Under the pieces are notes generated by a model that was not told the origin of the DNA, ran no database searches, and was given only the letters and a program-made list of their open reading frames with translations. Source: Escherichia coli (lineage in GTDB: Bacteria > Pseudomonadota > Gammaproteobacteria > Enterobacterales > Enterobacteriaceae). From it: a stretch of 64,000 bases of DNA. The translations under genes were made by a program, and so were the position numbers. This document shows, one piece after another, positions 44,733 through 56,571 of this stretch. The stretch lies in NCBI RefSeq assembly GCF_041248615.1, contig NZ_CP158426.1. One strand, given 5' to 3'. Numbering within the stretch: position 1 is the first letter of the stretch; the number at the start of each line of letters is the position of its first letter.

Positions 44733-46142
44733 ATGCAACGAGGGATAGTCTGGGTAGTCGATGACGATAGTTCCATCCGTTGGGTGCTTGAACGTGCGCT
44801 CGCTGGAGCGGGTTTAACCTGTACGACATTTGAGAACGGCGCGGAGGTACTGGAGGCGCTGGCGAGCAAAACGCCGGATGTGCTGCTTTCAGATATCCGT
44901 ATGCCGGGAATGGACGGGCTGGCGCTGCTCAAGCAGATTAAACAGCGCCATCCGATGCTTCCGGTCATCATTATGACCGCACATTCCGATCTGGATGCTG
45001 CCGTCAGCGCCTATCAACAAGGGGCGTTTGATTATCTGCCCAAACCGTTTGATATCGACGAAGCCGTGGCGCTGGTTGAGCGCGCCATCAGCCATTATCA
45101 GGAACAGCAGCAGCCGCGTAATGTTCAGCTTAACGGCCCAACGACCGATATCATCGGCGAAGCGCCAGCCATGCAGGACGTGTTCCGTATTATCGGTCGG
45201 CTTTCGCGTTCTTCTATTAGCGTGCTGATTAACGGCGAATCCGGCACCGGTAAAGAACTGGTCGCTCATGCCCTGCATCGCCACAGTCCGAGAGCCAAAG
45301 CGCCATTTATCGCGCTGAATATGGCGGCTATCCCGAAGGATTTGATCGAATCAGAACTGTTTGGTCACGAGAAAGGCGCGTTTACCGGCGCGAATACCAT
45401 TCGTCAGGGGCGTTTTGAACAGGCCGATGGCGGCACGTTATTTCTCGACGAAATTGGTGATATGCCGCTGGATGTGCAGACGCGTTTGCTGCGCGTGCTG
45501 GCAGACGGTCAGTTTTATCGCGTTGGCGGCTATGCGCCGGTGAAAGTGGATGTGCGGATTATCGCTGCCACTCACCAGAATCTTGAACAGCGGGTGCAGG
45601 AAGGTAAGTTCCGTGAGGATCTGTTCCACCGCCTGAACGTCATCCGCGTTCATCTGCCACCACTGCGTGAGCGTCGGGAAGATATTCCCCGCCTGGCACG
45701 CCATTTTTTACAGGTTGCCGCGCGCGAACTGGGCGTAGAAGCGAAGTTACTGCATCCGGAAACCGAAGCCGCGCTGACGCGTCTGGCGTGGCCAGGCAAC
45801 GTGCGCCAGCTGGAAAACACCTGCCGCTGGCTAACGGTAATGGCTGCCGGACAGGAAGTGTTGATTCAGGATTTGCCTGGCGAACTGTTTGAATCAACGG
45901 TTGCGGAGAGTACTTCGCAAATGCAACCGGACAGTTGGGCGACGCTGTTAGCGCAGTGGGCAGACAGAGCGCTGCGTTCCGGTCATCAAAACCTGCTTTC
46001 CGAAGCGCAGCCTGAGCTGGAACGGACGTTACTGACCACCGCGCTGCGACATACGCAGGGGCATAAACAGGAAGCGGCGCGGCTACTCGGCTGGGGGCGT
46101 AACACTCTGACGCGGAAGTTAAAAGAGCTGGGGATGGAGTGA
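44733..46142 (+). CDS. glnG: Sigma-54-dependent response regulator NtrC
   Basis: 469 aa from [23 protein letters not shown] (receiver), AAA+ sigma-54 activator domain ([14 protein letters not shown]) and C-terminal HTH; track ORF starts 20 codons upstream inside glnL. Confidence 0.95.
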   Translation: MQRGIVWVVDDDSSIRWVLERALAGAGLTCTTFENGAEVLEALASKTPDVLLSDIRMPGMDGLALLKQIKQRHPMLPVIIMTAHSDLDAAVSAYQQGAFDYLPKPFDIDEAVALVERAISHYQEQQQPRNVQLNGPTTDIIGEAPAMQDVFRIIGRLSRSSISVLINGESGTGKELVAHALHRHSPRAKAPFIALNMAAIPKDLIESELFGHEKGAFTGANTIRQGRFEQADGGTLFLDEIGDMPLDVQTRLLRVLADGQFYRVGGYAPVKVDVRIIAATHQNLEQRVQEGKFREDLFHRLNVIRVHLPPLRERREDIPRLARHFLQVAARELGVEAKLLHPETEAALTRLAWPGNVRQLENTCRWLTVMAAGQEVLIQDLPGELFESTVAESTSQMQPDSWATLLAQWADRALRSGHQNLLSEAQPELERTLLTTALRHTQGHKQEAARLLGWGRNTLTRKLKELGME

Positions 46143-46253
46143 TTCACGGCTTGAGTGTAAAGATTGATTATTGAGCGCAAATTGCTGGTATTTTGCGCTT
46201 TACTGTTCCGATAAGTTCAGTATGATCTTGCCCGGAAAACGGGGAGAGTCATT

Positions 46254-46364
46254 ATGCTGGAATCAATAATTAATCTGGTATCGAGTGGCGCAGTTGACAG
46301 CCACACACCGCAAACTGCCGTTGCTGCCGTGCTGTGTGCCGCAATGATTGGGCTGTTTAGTTGA
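46254..46364 (+). CDS. yshB: Small membrane protein YshB (36 aa)
   Basis: ATG with GGGGAGAG ribosome-binding site 7 nt upstream; MLESIINLVSSGAVDSHTPQTAVAAVLCAAMIGLFS; below the length cut-off of the ORF track; position between glnG and hemN. Confidence 0.6.
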   Translation: MLESIINLVSSGAVDSHTPQTAVAAVLCAAMIGLFS

Positions 46365-46387
46365 GTTTCAGATTGCTGATGAAGTGC

Positions 46388-46475
46388 TCTTTGTTCATGC
46401 CGGATGCGGCGTGAACGCCTTATCCGGTCTACAAAAGCAATATTTTCAACAGGTTTTGTAGGCCTGATAAGCGTA
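46388..46475. repeat. REP elements between yshB and hemN
   Basis: gccggatgcggcgtgaacgccttatccggtctac and partner gtaggcctgataagcgtagcgcatcaggc. Confidence 0.7.
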
Positions 46476-46553
46476 GCGCATCAGGCAATCTTGTTCTCAG
46501 CACATTGATGGCGCTTTCGTTTTCTACTTTGTAAACGAAGCGCCATTCACTAT

Positions 46554-47927
46554 TTAAATCACCCGAGAGAACTGCTGCATCCGCGCTTTCTGGCGCAGAT
46601 AGGTATCAAAGCACATGCAAATGTTGCGGATCAGCAAGCGACCTTTCGCCGTCACCTGAATCCCCTTCTCATCCACATCCACCAGCCCATCTTTTGCTAA
46701 CGGGGCGAGCAGCTTGAGATCTTCCGCAAAGTAATCAGCGAAGTGCAAATCCCACTGTTGCTCAATGGGAGCGTAATCCAGACGGAAGTTGCAGATGAGC
46801 GACTTAATCACATCGCGGCGAATACAGTCATCACGCGTTAGCGCAATACCACGCCACAGCGCATTGCCTTGTTCATCCACTTGCTGATAGTAGTGCTTCA
46901 ACTCTTTCTGGTTCTGCGCATAGCAGTCGCCAATCATACTGATGGCGGAAACGCCCATCCCCAGCAGATCGGTATCGCCCTGAGTGGTGTAGCCCTGGAA
47001 GTTACGGTGCAGCACGCCTTCACGCTGGGCCACCGCCAGCTCGTCATCCGGACGGGCAAAGTGATCCATACCGATAAACTGATAGCCCGATTGCGTCAGG
47101 AAGGCGATGGTTTCCTGCAGGATATCGAGTTTTTGCTGCGGACTCGGCAGGTCAGCATCTTTGATTTTGCGCTGAGCAGCAAAAATGGTCGGCAGATGCG
47201 CATAGTTAAAGACGCTCAGACGATCGGGGTTCAGCTCCGCCACGCGTTTCAGGGTAAAAGCGAAACTCTCCGGCGTCTGTTTCGGCAGGCCGTAAATCAG
47301 GTCGATGTTGGTGGAGGTAAAACCAATCTCACGCGCATGGTTAAGCAGTGCAAAGATGAACTCTTCATCCTGCTCGCGGTTAACCAGACGTTGCACTTCT
47401 TTGTTGAAGTCCTGCACGCCCATGCTCAGGCGATTAAAGCCCTCGGCGCGTAAATGATCGAGTACATCCAGTTCGATTTCGCGCGGATCGACTTCGATCG
47501 AAATCTCCGCATCGGCATTGAACTGGAAGTTTTCGCGCAGCAGCTTCATCAGGCGGCTGATTTGCGCTTTGTTCAGATACGTCGGCGTACCACCGCCCCA
47601 GTGCAGCTGGCTCACCTTGCGCCCGGCAAAAAGCGGTGCACGATGGACGATTTCTTGCTCCAGCGCGTCCAGATACTGATCGGCCTTGTGCTGCTGGCGA
47701 GTAACAATCTTATTGCAACCGCAGAAGTAACAAAGCTTATGGCAGAACGGGATATGTACGTAGAGAGATAATGGACGCTCAGGATAGCGCGCCACGGCTT
47801 GTAAAAACGCCTGTTCGCCGAAGTCTTCTGAAAACTCCAGCGCGGTCGGGTACGAGGTGTATCGTGGCCCGGAATAGTTATATTTCTGGATCAGGGCCAG
47901 ATCCCAGTCGATTTGCTGTACAGACAT
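46554..47927 (-). CDS. hemN: Oxygen-independent coproporphyrinogen III oxidase (radical SAM)
   Basis: 457 aa from MSVQQIDWDLALIQKYNYSGPRYTSYPTALEF; radical-SAM Cys motif CHKLCYFCGC. Confidence 0.95.
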   Translation of the reverse strand: MSVQQIDWDLALIQKYNYSGPRYTSYPTALEFSEDFGEQAFLQAVARYPERPLSLYVHIPFCHKLCYFCGCNKIVTRQQHKADQYLDALEQEIVHRAPLFAGRKVSQLHWGGGTPTYLNKAQISRLMKLLRENFQFNADAEISIEVDPREIELDVLDHLRAEGFNRLSMGVQDFNKEVQRLVNREQDEEFIFALLNHAREIGFTSTNIDLIYGLPKQTPESFAFTLKRVAELNPDRLSVFNYAHLPTIFAAQRKIKDADLPSPQQKLDILQETIAFLTQSGYQFIGMDHFARPDDELAVAQREGVLHRNFQGYTTQGDTDLLGMGVSAISMIGDCYAQNQKELKHYYQQVDEQGNALWRGIALTRDDCIRRDVIKSLICNFRLDYAPIEQQWDLHFADYFAEDLKLLAPLAKDGLVDVDEKGIQVTAKGRLLIRNICMCFDTYLRQKARMQQFSRVI

Positions 47928-48115
47928 GCTCACTCCTTCCGATGGCGTCTCTGGCGGCTACGGCGTACCGGCGGATGCCCGTTTCGGGTCATCAGCCGGT
48001 TGCGCAGCCACTTTTGTCGCCGCGACAACCGCTGTAGTTTAACGAATAACCACACCAGATAACATATAACCGGAAGGGTTATCAGCAGAACGGGAAGGCC
48101 CACGGCGGCAATCCG

Positions 48116-48625
48116 TTAGTTGCCCCGCAGCAGACGCATCATATCTTCTTGCTTCTCGTCTTCTTCCTCTTCTTCGTCATCGTCATAAGAGAGGCCGAGT
48201 TTCTGCATCAACTCATCAATACGATCCAGTTTGGCATCCACCCAGGATTGCTCTTCGGCGCTCAGGGTTTCGCCTGCTTCCAGACGTTCCAGCAGCGCAT
48301 CCAGACGCTCATCCGTTTCCAGTAACTCCAACTCCGCCTGCGGTGAAAGCATAGGTTTCTCACTCTTCGGTTTGTGCTGTTTGGTGACTTTTTCAGTCAC
48401 GCCCAATGGAATAGGGGTTTTACTGCCAATACGTGGATCTTTCGGTGCGTTCTGGCCTTTGCTGCCTGACGTGGTGTTACCGCCCGCTGCGCGGCTGCCC
48501 GGCGCATGACCACGACGTTTTTTCTGACGCTTACGGTCACGAGCTTCCTGATCCAGCTCCTCGCGTGTTTTTCGACGCGCTTTTGCATGACCTTTGCTGC
48601 GTGAGTTTGAAGATGATGGTTTCAT
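48116..48625 (-). CDS. yihI: Der GTPase-activating protein YihI
   Basis: 169 aa from [34 protein letters not shown]..., highly charged, acidic C-terminus; track ORF extended 21 codons upstream. Confidence 0.88.
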   Translation of the reverse strand: MKPSSSNSRSKGHAKARRKTREELDQEARDRKRQKKRRGHAPGSRAAGGNTTSGSKGQNAPKDPRIGSKTPIPLGVTEKVTKQHKPKSEKPMLSPQAELELLETDERLDALLERLEAGETLSAEEQSWVDAKLDRIDELMQKLGLSYDDDEEEEEDEKQEDMMRLLRGN

Positions 48626-48691
48626 AATGGTTCGTCTTTTAGCCGTTTTATTCAGTATAGATTTGCGGCGGAATCTAACAGAAAGCAAGCA

Positions 48692-48936
48692 AAGAAAAAA
48701 GGCGACAGATTACTCTGTCGCCTTTTTTCCTGACTCATAACCCTTAACGGGTCTTACAATCCTTGCAGGCCGCCAACACACCCTGTTTTTCCATTAGCCG
48801 GAACAATCCGTGTTGATTCCATTTCCGTTTAATTACGTCTCCGGACGTTTGTCTTCCTGACAATCCTCTGTCTTCGCCTCCTGGCGCTCCTGACCCTCAT
48901 CCTGAGTCATTGTTCCTGTTAGCGTCCTCGCTCTAT
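48692..48936 (-). ncRNA. csrC: CsrC small RNA (CsrA-sequestering)
   Basis: Minus-strand sequence begins ATAGAGCGAGGACGCTAACAGGAACAATGACTCAGGATGAGGGTCAGGAGCG..., carries many AGGA/GGA motifs, and ends in the hairpin GGCGACAGAGTAATCTGTCGCC plus T-run; matches the CsrC sequence as I remember it; located between yihI and engB. Confidence 0.85.
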
Positions 48937-49206
48937 GGGTGCTACTTTACGCCTTTGCTTTAAACAAACAATCAACCGCCATCAGTATTTGCACATTTTC
49001 AGAGTTTTATATAAAAGCAATTAACTGATTTATATAGCTTATTTGACATGCATCGCAGAATTTTCTCTGCTATTTCGCATAAAGACTATCGGCAATGTCT
49101 CACAAAGCGTATGGCTTTTACTTACAACGCTCACGCCGAAAAATCCGCCTTTTATTATGGTTCAGGTATAATCGCCGCAAAGCTTTGACTGACGGAGACG
49201 ACCGCT

Positions 49207-49839
49207 TTGACTAATTTGAATTATCAACAGACGCATTTTGTGATGAGTGCGCCTGATATTCGCCACCTACCTTCCGATACCGGAATTGAAGTGGCTTTTG
49301 CAGGCCGTTCCAACGCAGGTAAATCCAGCGCGCTGAACACGCTGACTAACCAGAAAAGCCTGGCGCGGACCTCAAAAACCCCAGGGCGCACCCAGCTTAT
49401 CAACCTGTTTGAAGTGGCTGACGGCAAGCGTCTGGTTGACCTGCCCGGCTATGGCTACGCGGAAGTCCCGGAAGAGATGAAGCGCAAATGGCAACGCGCG
49501 CTCGGCGAATACCTCGAAAAACGTCAGAGCCTGCAAGGTCTGGTGGTGCTAATGGATATTCGCCATCCGCTGAAAGATTTGGATCAGCAGATGATTGAGT
49601 GGGCGGTAGACAGCAATATCGCCGTGCTGGTGCTGCTGACCAAAGCGGACAAACTGGCAAGCGGCGCACGTAAAGCGCAATTGAATATGGTGCGTGAAGC
49701 GGTGCTGGCGTTTAACGGTGATGTGCAGGTTGAAACGTTCTCCTCACTGAAGAAACAAGGCGTGGACAAGCTGCGGCAGAAACTGGATACCTGGTTTAGC
49801 GAGATGCAGCCTGTAGAAGAAACGCAGGACGGCGAATAA
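49207..49839 (+). CDS. engB: Ribosome-biogenesis GTPase EngB (YihA)
   Basis: 210 aa, TTG start, ...[17 protein letters not shown]... (G1), DLPGYGY (G3), TKADK (G4). Confidence 0.92.
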
Positions 49840-49854
49840 TTTTCTTGCCTTAAT

Positions 49855-49955
49855 GCTTGTGCCGGATGTGGCGTATCCGGCCCGTAAATTCAATAGATTA
49901 CACTTCTACCGTTGGCCTGATAAACAGGGCGCATCAGGCATTACGGATCTTTTCT
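49855..49955. repeat. REP elements between engB and spf
   Basis: gccggatgtggcgtatccggcc and gcctgataaacagggcgcatcaggc palindromic units. Confidence 0.65.
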
Positions 49956-49961
49956 TTCGCC

Positions 49962-50073
49962 CAATAAAAAACGCCCCAGTCATTACTGACTGGGGCGGCT
50001 AAAATATTCAGCCAAATCCGATTACGTGAAGTAAAAGGTCTGAAAGATAGAACATCTTACCTCTGTACCCTAC
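49962..50073 (-). ncRNA. spf: Spot 42 small RNA
   Basis: Minus-strand sequence GTAGGGTACAGAGGTAAGATGTTCTATCTTTCAGACCTTTTACTTCACGTAATCGGATTTGGCTGAATATTTTAGCCGCCCCAGTCAGTAATGACTGGGGCGTTTTTTATTGG matches Spot 42 as I recall it, including the terminal hairpin and U-run; lies downstream of polA. Confidence 0.9.
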
Positions 50074-50220
50074 GCGACTAACTTTACTCTTTTTTGTTCA
50101 GTTCAGAAAGCATTTTTTGTAATTTTTTTTCAGTTGTTGCATAGGAATTTCTAATAGCCATCACAAAACGTGACAGCTTATGTTGCTTACTTACGAAAAA
50201 AGGGCATGTTCAGGCGAATC

Positions 50221-53007
50221 TTAGTGCGCCTGATCCCAGTTTTCGCCACTCCCCACTTCCACCAGCAACGGCACATCCAGACGGGTACAGTTTTCCATCA
50301 GTTGATGAATCTGCTTCGCGACGGCATCGACATCATCTTTATGAACTTCAAATACCAGTTCATCGTGTACCTGCATGATCATACGCACACGCGGTTGCTC
50401 AGCCTGTAGCCACGTATCAACGGCAATCATTGCCCGTTTGATAATGTCGGCGGCGGTTCCCTGCATTGGCGCGTTAATGGCTGCACGTTCAGCCGCTGCA
50501 CGACGAGCACCATTGCTGGATTTGATATCCGGCAGATACAGACGGCGTCCGTCCAGCGTTTCAACGTAGCCCTGCTCTTTCGCCTGAGCACGGGTGCGTT
50601 CCATATACTCCAGCACGCCAGGGTAGCGTTCGAAGTAAAGGTCCATGTACTTCTGCGCTTCTTTACGTGGAATGTTCAATTGCCGCGCCAGACCGAAAGC
50701 ACTCATGCCATAAATCAGACCAAAGTTGATCGCTTTCGCGCTACGGCGTTGCTCGCTGGTGACGGTTTCCAGTGGCAAACCAAACACTTCTGCCGCCGTT
50801 GCCCGGTGGATATCTTTTCCTTCCGCGAATGCGGTCAGCAAGCCTTTGTCACGCGAGAGATGCGCCATAATGCGCAGTTCAATCTGCGAGTAGTCCGCTG
50901 AGACAATCACATAATCCTCTGGCGCAATAAACGCCTGGCGGATACGACGACCTTCTTCGTTACGCACCGGAATGTTTTGCAGGTTAGGATCGGTTGACGA
51001 TAAACGTCCCGTTGCAGTTACTGCCTGGTGATAAGAGGTATGCACACGCCCGGTTTTCGGGTTGATCATCAGCGGCAGCTTGTCGGTGTAAGTCGATTTC
51101 AGCTTCGCCAGACCACGATACTCCAGAATCACTTTTGGCAACGGATAGTCCAGCGCCAGTTCTTCCAGTACCTCTTCCGACGTTGACGGCGCGCCACCTG
51201 GCGTTTTCTTCAGCGGTTTAATGCCCTGTTTTTCAAACAGAATGGTTTGTAACTGCTTGGTGGAAGAAAGGTTAAACTCCTCACCTGCAATTTCATGCGC
51301 TTTCTTTTCCAGCTCAGCCAGACGAAGAGTGAGCTCTTCAGAATGATTGTGCAGCACTTTCGGATCGATCTTCACACCGTTACGTTCAATGCGTGAAAGC
51401 ACCGGCACTAGCGGCATTTCGATATTCTCGAAGACGTTCAACGGCCCTTTGTGTTTTTGCAGATCCGGCCACATTTTCAGATGCAGCTGCAAGGTGACAT
51501 CTGCATCTTCGGCGGCGTAACGTCCGGCCTCTTCCAGGGCAATCTGGTTAAAGGTCAGTTGATTTTTACCTTTACCAGCAATCTCTTCAAAAGTGATGGT
51601 TTTGTGCTTCAACCAACGTTCCGCGAGGCTGTCCATATCGTGACGCCCGGCAACGCTATTGAGAATGTAGGACTCCAGCATGGTATCAAATGCAATCCCA
51701 CGCAGCTCAATGCCGTAATTCGCCAGAATACCGCGATCGTATTTCAGGTTTTGCCCAACCTTCAGCGCCTTTTCATCTTCCAGCAGCGGTTTTAGCAACT
51801 CGAGTGCACGCTCGCGAGAGATTTGATCGGGCGCATCAAGATAATCATGAGCAACCGGAATATATGCCGCTACGCCTGGCTCGATAGCAAAAGAAAGCCC
51901 GACCAGGTTAGCAGAGATGTTATCAAGGCTGTCGGTTTCGGTATCAAATGCAAATACCGGCGCTTTTTCCAGCTTCGCAATCCACGCTTTCAGTGTTTCT
52001 TCATCAAGGATGGTGACGTAGTTGTCATAAGAAATCACCGTTGCCGTCACCTCTGGCGCTTCGTCTGCAACACTGGTTTCCTGCGGCCTGGCTGCGGGTT
52101 TCGCCCCTTTAGCCTGTAACCATTTGCCCGCTTCGACATCAGCAGTCCAGCGTTTGAACTCATACTTTTTGAACAGCCCCAACAACTCTTCCGCCGCCGG
52201 TTGTTGCACTTCCAGTTGTTCACAGGTCAGCTCCAGTTCAACGTCGGTTTTAATCGTCGCCAGCTGGTATGAGAGATAAGCAACTTCTTTGTTTTGCTCG
52301 AGCTTCGCTGCCATTGTTTTCGCGCCACGGAAGCTCAACCCAGCAATTTTTTCTGGCTCGGCATATAGCGTATCCAGCCCGCCAAGACCTTGCAGCAATG
52401 CCTGCGCGGTTTTTTCACCGACGCCCGGTACGCCAGGGATGTTATCAGAGGAGTCACCCATCAGCGCCAGGAAGTCGATGATCAGTTCTGGCGGCACGCC
52501 GTACTTATTCACCACCTCTTCCGGGCCGAGGATGGTATTCGTCATGGTATTGATAAGCGTAATATTTGGCGTCACCAGCTGCGCCATATCTTTATCGCCA
52601 GTGCTGATCAGCACCGGACGCCCGGCTTTTTCGGCTTCCCGCGCCAGAGTACCGATAACGTCGTCCGCTTCTACGCCAGAAACCGCCAGCAGCGGCAGTC
52701 CCATCGCTTTAACCATCGCGTGTAAAGGTTCGATTTGTGCTCGCAGATCGTCCGGCATTGGCGGGCGATGTGATTTGTAATGTTCAAACAGTTCATCACG
52801 AAAGGTTTTTCCCTTGGCGTCAAATACCACCGCTGCATGCGTCGGTTTATATTGCATGATCAGACTGCGCAGCATGTTGAGGACACCATACATCGCACCG
52901 GTCGGCTCGCCTGCGCTGTTAGTCAGCGGGGGAAACGCGTGATATGCGCGATAAAGATAAGATGAACCATCTACAAGGATAAGTGGATTTTGGGGGATCT
53001 GAACCAT
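50221..53007 (-). CDS. polA: DNA polymerase I
   Basis: 928 aa [25 protein letters not shown]... (5'-3' exonuclease), 3'-5' exonuclease and polymerase domains ([23 protein letters not shown]). Confidence 0.97.
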   Translation of the reverse strand: MVQIPQNPLILVDGSSYLYRAYHAFPPLTNSAGEPTGAMYGVLNMLRSLIMQYKPTHAAVVFDAKGKTFRDELFEHYKSHRPPMPDDLRAQIEPLHAMVKAMGLPLLAVSGVEADDVIGTLAREAEKAGRPVLISTGDKDMAQLVTPNITLINTMTNTILGPEEVVNKYGVPPELIIDFLALMGDSSDNIPGVPGVGEKTAQALLQGLGGLDTLYAEPEKIAGLSFRGAKTMAAKLEQNKEVAYLSYQLATIKTDVELELTCEQLEVQQPAAEELLGLFKKYEFKRWTADVEAGKWLQAKGAKPAARPQETSVADEAPEVTATVISYDNYVTILDEETLKAWIAKLEKAPVFAFDTETDSLDNISANLVGLSFAIEPGVAAYIPVAHDYLDAPDQISRERALELLKPLLEDEKALKVGQNLKYDRGILANYGIELRGIAFDTMLESYILNSVAGRHDMDSLAERWLKHKTITFEEIAGKGKNQLTFNQIALEEAGRYAAEDADVTLQLHLKMWPDLQKHKGPLNVFENIEMPLVPVLSRIERNGVKIDPKVLHNHSEELTLRLAELEKKAHEIAGEEFNLSSTKQLQTILFEKQGIKPLKKTPGGAPSTSEEVLEELALDYPLPKVILEYRGLAKLKSTYTDKLPLMINPKTGRVHTSYHQAVTATGRLSSTDPNLQNIPVRNEEGRRIRQAFIAPEDYVIVSADYSQIELRIMAHLSRDKGLLTAFAEGKDIHRATAAEVFGLPLETVTSEQRRSAKAINFGLIYGMSAFGLARQLNIPRKEAQKYMDLYFERYPGVLEYMERTRAQAKEQGYVETLDGRRLYLPDIKSSNGARRAAAERAAINAPMQGTAADIIKRAMIAVDTWLQAEQPRVRMIMQVHDELVFEVHKDDVDAVAKQIHQLMENCTRLDVPLLVEVGSGENWDQAH

Positions 53008-53370
53008 AATGTCCGTGCCTGTTTATCAGATTATGGGTAAAGGATGCCACAGACAGGATGAAAACATGAGTTTTTCACCGCTTTTCGTGAAAATCTTTTG
53101 TAGATCTTCTGGATCGCTCGCAAATCGTCATGTGGATAACTTTGTGCATAAATTATTTACATCGCTTTTAATTTATTATCATGCTTTTTACAGCATGATG
53201 TTTGTCTTTGTTTTTCATGAAGTTAAAAATAAGACCATCCCTAATAATTGAGATAATGGGATTTTTTCTAATGTGGATAGATATGAATTATTTTTCTCCT
53301 TAAGGATCATCCGTTATTTGGGTCGTTTTCTGCTAAAATCTGCGCCTTGCGCTTCTTTAGCGCACTGTCT

Positions 53371-54303
53371 ATGGCTAACTTTTTGAATAAATTCATTATG
53401 ACGAGAATACTCGCTGCGATAACCCTTTTGCTGAGTATCGTATTGACCATTTTGGTCACTATTTTTTGCTCCGTCCCGATCATCATTGCCGGGATTGTAA
53501 AACTATTGCTTCCTGTGCCAGTCATTTGGCGAAAGGTTTCGCGTTTTTGTGATTTTATGATGTATTGCTGGTGCGAAGGTCTGGCGGTATTACTGCATCT
53601 GAACCCACACCTGCAATGGGAAGTTCACGGGCTGGAAGGGTTAAGTAAGAAGAACTGGTATCTGCTTATTTGTAACCACCGTAGTTGGGCAGATATTGTC
53701 GTACTGTGCGTGCTGTTTCGTAAGCACATTCCGATGAATAAATATTTCCTCAAGCAGCAGCTGGCCTGGGTGCCTTTTCTTGGCCTGGCATGCTGGGCGC
53801 TGGATATGCCGTTTATGAAGCGTTATTCCCGCGCTTATTTATTACGTCATCCGGAGCGACGTGGTAAAGATGTTGAAACCACTCGGCGTTCTTGTGAAAA
53901 GTTTCGCCTGCATCCCACCACCATTGTCAATTTCGTTGAAGGCTCCCGTTTCACGCAAGAAAAACATCAGCAAACCCACTCCACTTTTCAAAACTTGTTG
54001 CCACCAAAGGCGGCAGGCATTGCGATGGCGCTAAATGTACTGGGTAAACAATTCGATAAACTGCTTAATGTTACGCTGTGTTATCCGGACAATAACCGTC
54101 AGCCGTTCTTCGATATGTTAAGCGGTAAACTGACGCGGATTGTCGTACATGTGGATTTGCAGCCTATTTCCGATGAGTTACATGGCGACTACATCAATGA
54201 CAAAAGCTTTAAGCGCCATTTTCAGCAATGGCTGAACTCACTGTGGCAGGAAAAAGACCGACTTCTGACGTCGTTGATGTCATCACAGCGTCAGAATAAG
54301 TAA
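53371..54303 (+). CDS. yihG: PlsC-family acyltransferase YihG
   Basis: 310 aa from [21 protein letters not shown]...; acyltransferase H(X)4D-type motif NHRSWAD; N-terminal transmembrane helices. Confidence 0.85.
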   Translation: MANFLNKFIMTRILAAITLLLSIVLTILVTIFCSVPIIIAGIVKLLLPVPVIWRKVSRFCDFMMYCWCEGLAVLLHLNPHLQWEVHGLEGLSKKNWYLLICNHRSWADIVVLCVLFRKHIPMNKYFLKQQLAWVPFLGLACWALDMPFMKRYSRAYLLRHPERRGKDVETTRRSCEKFRLHPTTIVNFVEGSRFTQEKHQQTHSTFQNLLPPKAAGIAMALNVLGKQFDKLLNVTLCYPDNNRQPFFDMLSGKLTRIVVHVDLQPISDELHGDYINDKSFKRHFQQWLNSLWQEKDRLLTSLMSSQRQNK

Positions 54304-54305
54304 GT

Positions 54306-54340
54306 TTTACTCGCCTCTGAATGAGCAGAGGCGAGTGAGT
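54306..54340. terminator. Bidirectional hairpin terminator between convergent yihG and yihF
   Basis: ttactcgcctctgaatgagcagaggcgagtgagtatttt: 10-bp GC-rich stem ctcgcctctg/cagaggcgag. Confidence 0.7.
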
Positions 54341-54343
54341 ATT

Positions 54344-55774
54344 TTAATGAACAATACGTCCGGCACGAGACATAAATTCTTCTTCGCTCATCTCCTGTCC
54401 GTTAAAAACAACTTTACCCGGTGTATAACGCAGTTGCAGCGAGGCGGTATTGTTGTCAATCGTGATTAACTGAAACATCTGACCTAAGGTCATCATCCCG
54501 CTGATTTGTTTATCAGCCTGCTTTTGCGCTTTTTCCGCATCCATTCCTTCAGATAAATTAAGCTGTTTTGCGATTTCTGTGGCGACATTAAGCGGTAATT
54601 TCACATCAAAATTGAGCGATTTAATATCTTTGTTTGTGGATGATGAAGATTTGGCTGGGTCGGCAATACTGATATCCAGATTGGCATTTAGTTCGCCGAG
54701 TGCATTCTTCCATCTTACCGGTTGTTTAATGGTCGGCTCACTTTTTTGTAATAACGGTAAATACTCTTTGAACAATGCAGTATTCACTTCTTGCAGAGCA
54801 ACTTCATCGTTTGCTAACTCAGGGTGTGCAGCAAGCTGCTTCTGCATCGCAATGTTATACTGGATGATAAATTGGCGCACCGCTGAGGGATCAATAGATT
54901 CAGCAATCAATGACCACTCACCACTACCGAGTTGCTGATTCCCTTTTGTTAACTTATCAAGTTCGTAGGTCAGATTGACATTGATATAATCTTTGTCTTT
55001 AACGCGATCCAGCCTGGTTTTTGCAACGAAAGCATCGATTTGGGCAACGTCTTCCCCGTGATTGATAATGTTAATCTGATTAAATTTCGACTCGCTTTCA
55101 CCAACCGGAAATTTCTTTTCTTCTAATCGCGCCAGAGAATCAATGGTAAAACTTTTCGCCGTTACTGTGTTCATTGGTGATAATTGCAGAACAATATCTT
55201 CGACTTTGCCTTCAATATCCAGGTTAGACAATGAACTACCATCACCATTAAAAGTAAACTGGCCCTCACCAAAAGAAAACTTTCCATACTCTGCAGGGGC
55301 AACATCTAATGTCGTAGAGAATGAGCCACCAAACGCGAATCGCAATGTCGCTTCCACGGGCGATTTATTTTTCGCGGCGATAAATAGCAGTTGTGTCAGT
55401 TCATTATTCACTAAGTTCACTTTTGCCGCTGCCAGTGCTGGGATGACATTACCACGCATTAACATTGTGATGGGCAACGGACCGTGCTCAACATCCACAT
55501 CAAATGCAACTTTCTGGCCTGGCTTGATATTGAGATCGGGTGCACCGTTATCGAATGTCATTTGCATTTGAAAACGGGAATTAAAAAAGCCTTTGTCAAA
55601 ATTTTGATAACTTAACGTCATATCGTAGGCATGTTCACCTTTCTTTTTAGCATCGTTAAAATCTTTAATAAATTTTTCGACACCAGGCTGAATTTGCGTA
55701 CCTGTGTACCATGTGCCACCACCCCAGATTACGGCTAACGCAACAATAACACCTGTAGCTGACTTACGTATCAT
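54344..55774 (-). CDS. yihF: DUF945-family periplasmic/membrane protein YihF
   Basis: 476 aa from MIRKSATGVIVALAVIWGGGTWYTG (N-terminal transmembrane segment); start trimmed from the track ORF. Confidence 0.82.
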   Translation of the reverse strand: MIRKSATGVIVALAVIWGGGTWYTGTQIQPGVEKFIKDFNDAKKKGEHAYDMTLSYQNFDKGFFNSRFQMQMTFDNGAPDLNIKPGQKVAFDVDVEHGPLPITMLMRGNVIPALAAAKVNLVNNELTQLLFIAAKNKSPVEATLRFAFGGSFSTTLDVAPAEYGKFSFGEGQFTFNGDGSSLSNLDIEGKVEDIVLQLSPMNTVTAKSFTIDSLARLEEKKFPVGESESKFNQINIINHGEDVAQIDAFVAKTRLDRVKDKDYINVNLTYELDKLTKGNQQLGSGEWSLIAESIDPSAVRQFIIQYNIAMQKQLAAHPELANDEVALQEVNTALFKEYLPLLQKSEPTIKQPVRWKNALGELNANLDISIADPAKSSSSTNKDIKSLNFDVKLPLNVATEIAKQLNLSEGMDAEKAQKQADKQISGMMTLGQMFQLITIDNNTASLQLRYTPGKVVFNGQEMSEEEFMSRAGRIVH

Positions 55775-55879
55775 ATAAATATTCCCTGATAAAACAGCAA
55801 AACTTTGAATATCCACTTATGCTGAAATAATGTCCAGCGGCAGGATGCATTATCAGAATGTATTTATATTTATTAAATA

Positions 55880-55912
55880 ATAAAAAAAGCCCGTGAATAT
55901 TCACGGGCTTTA
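55880..55912 (-). terminator. Rho-independent terminator downstream of dsbA
   Basis: aaaaaaagcccgtgaatattcacgggctttatg: stem gcccgtgaa/ttcacgggc with flanking A/T runs. Confidence 0.75.
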
Positions 55913-55928
55913 TGTAATTTACATTGAA

Positions 55929-56555
55929 TTATTTTTTCTCGGACAGATATTTTACTGTATCAGCATACTGCTGCACAAAAACATCCATATTGCTGGTATC
56001 CATACCCTGCGGATTCAGCTGATATTTACCGTTAACAAACATCGCCGGAACACCACGCAATTGCACGTCAGCTGCAGCTTTTTCCTGCTGAGCGACCAGG
56101 GATTTCACCACGAAGCTGTTCCATGCCGCGTCGTACTCTTCACCTTTAATACCTGCGTTGATAAATACATCGCGGATATCAGATGCTGAACGAATGGTCT
56201 GGGTTTTCTGTACGCCTTCAAACAGCGGAACAGTGACTTTGTCTTCCACGCCCAGCGCCATCGCCACTGCCCATGCCTGAGTCAGATCTTTGCCCAGGTC
56301 ACCCCCCATGAAGTTGACGTGGTATTTAGTCATCTTCACGCCTTCCGGCAGTTTTTTCTTCACGTTATCAGAAATATGCAGAACTTCTTCAAACTGATAG
56401 CAGTGCGGGCAGAAGAAAGAGAAAAACTCCAGCACTTGCGGCGCGCCAGCAACTGGTTTTTCCAGGGTAGTGTACTGTTTACCATCTTCATACTGCGCCG
56501 CCGATGCGCTAAACGCTAAAACTAAACCAGCCAGCGCCAGCCAAATCTTTTTCAT
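55929..56555 (-). CDS. dsbA: Periplasmic thiol:disulfide oxidoreductase DsbA
   Basis: 208 aa, signal peptide [19 protein letters not shown], active-site CPHC. Confidence 0.97.
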
Positions 56556-56571
56556 GATCTACTCTCTCCGA

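Noticed and set aside
50375-52965. Multiple plus-strand ORFs of 60-163 aa
   Set aside because: All are antisense inside polA; none has a ribosome-binding site or recognisable features.
53008-53346. 80-aa plus-strand ORF (53009..53251) and 72-aa minus-strand ORF (53307..53525) in the polA-yihG divergent region
   Set aside because: AT-rich promoter region; no ribosome-binding site; the minus ORF overlaps the yihG 5' end antisense; likely spurious.
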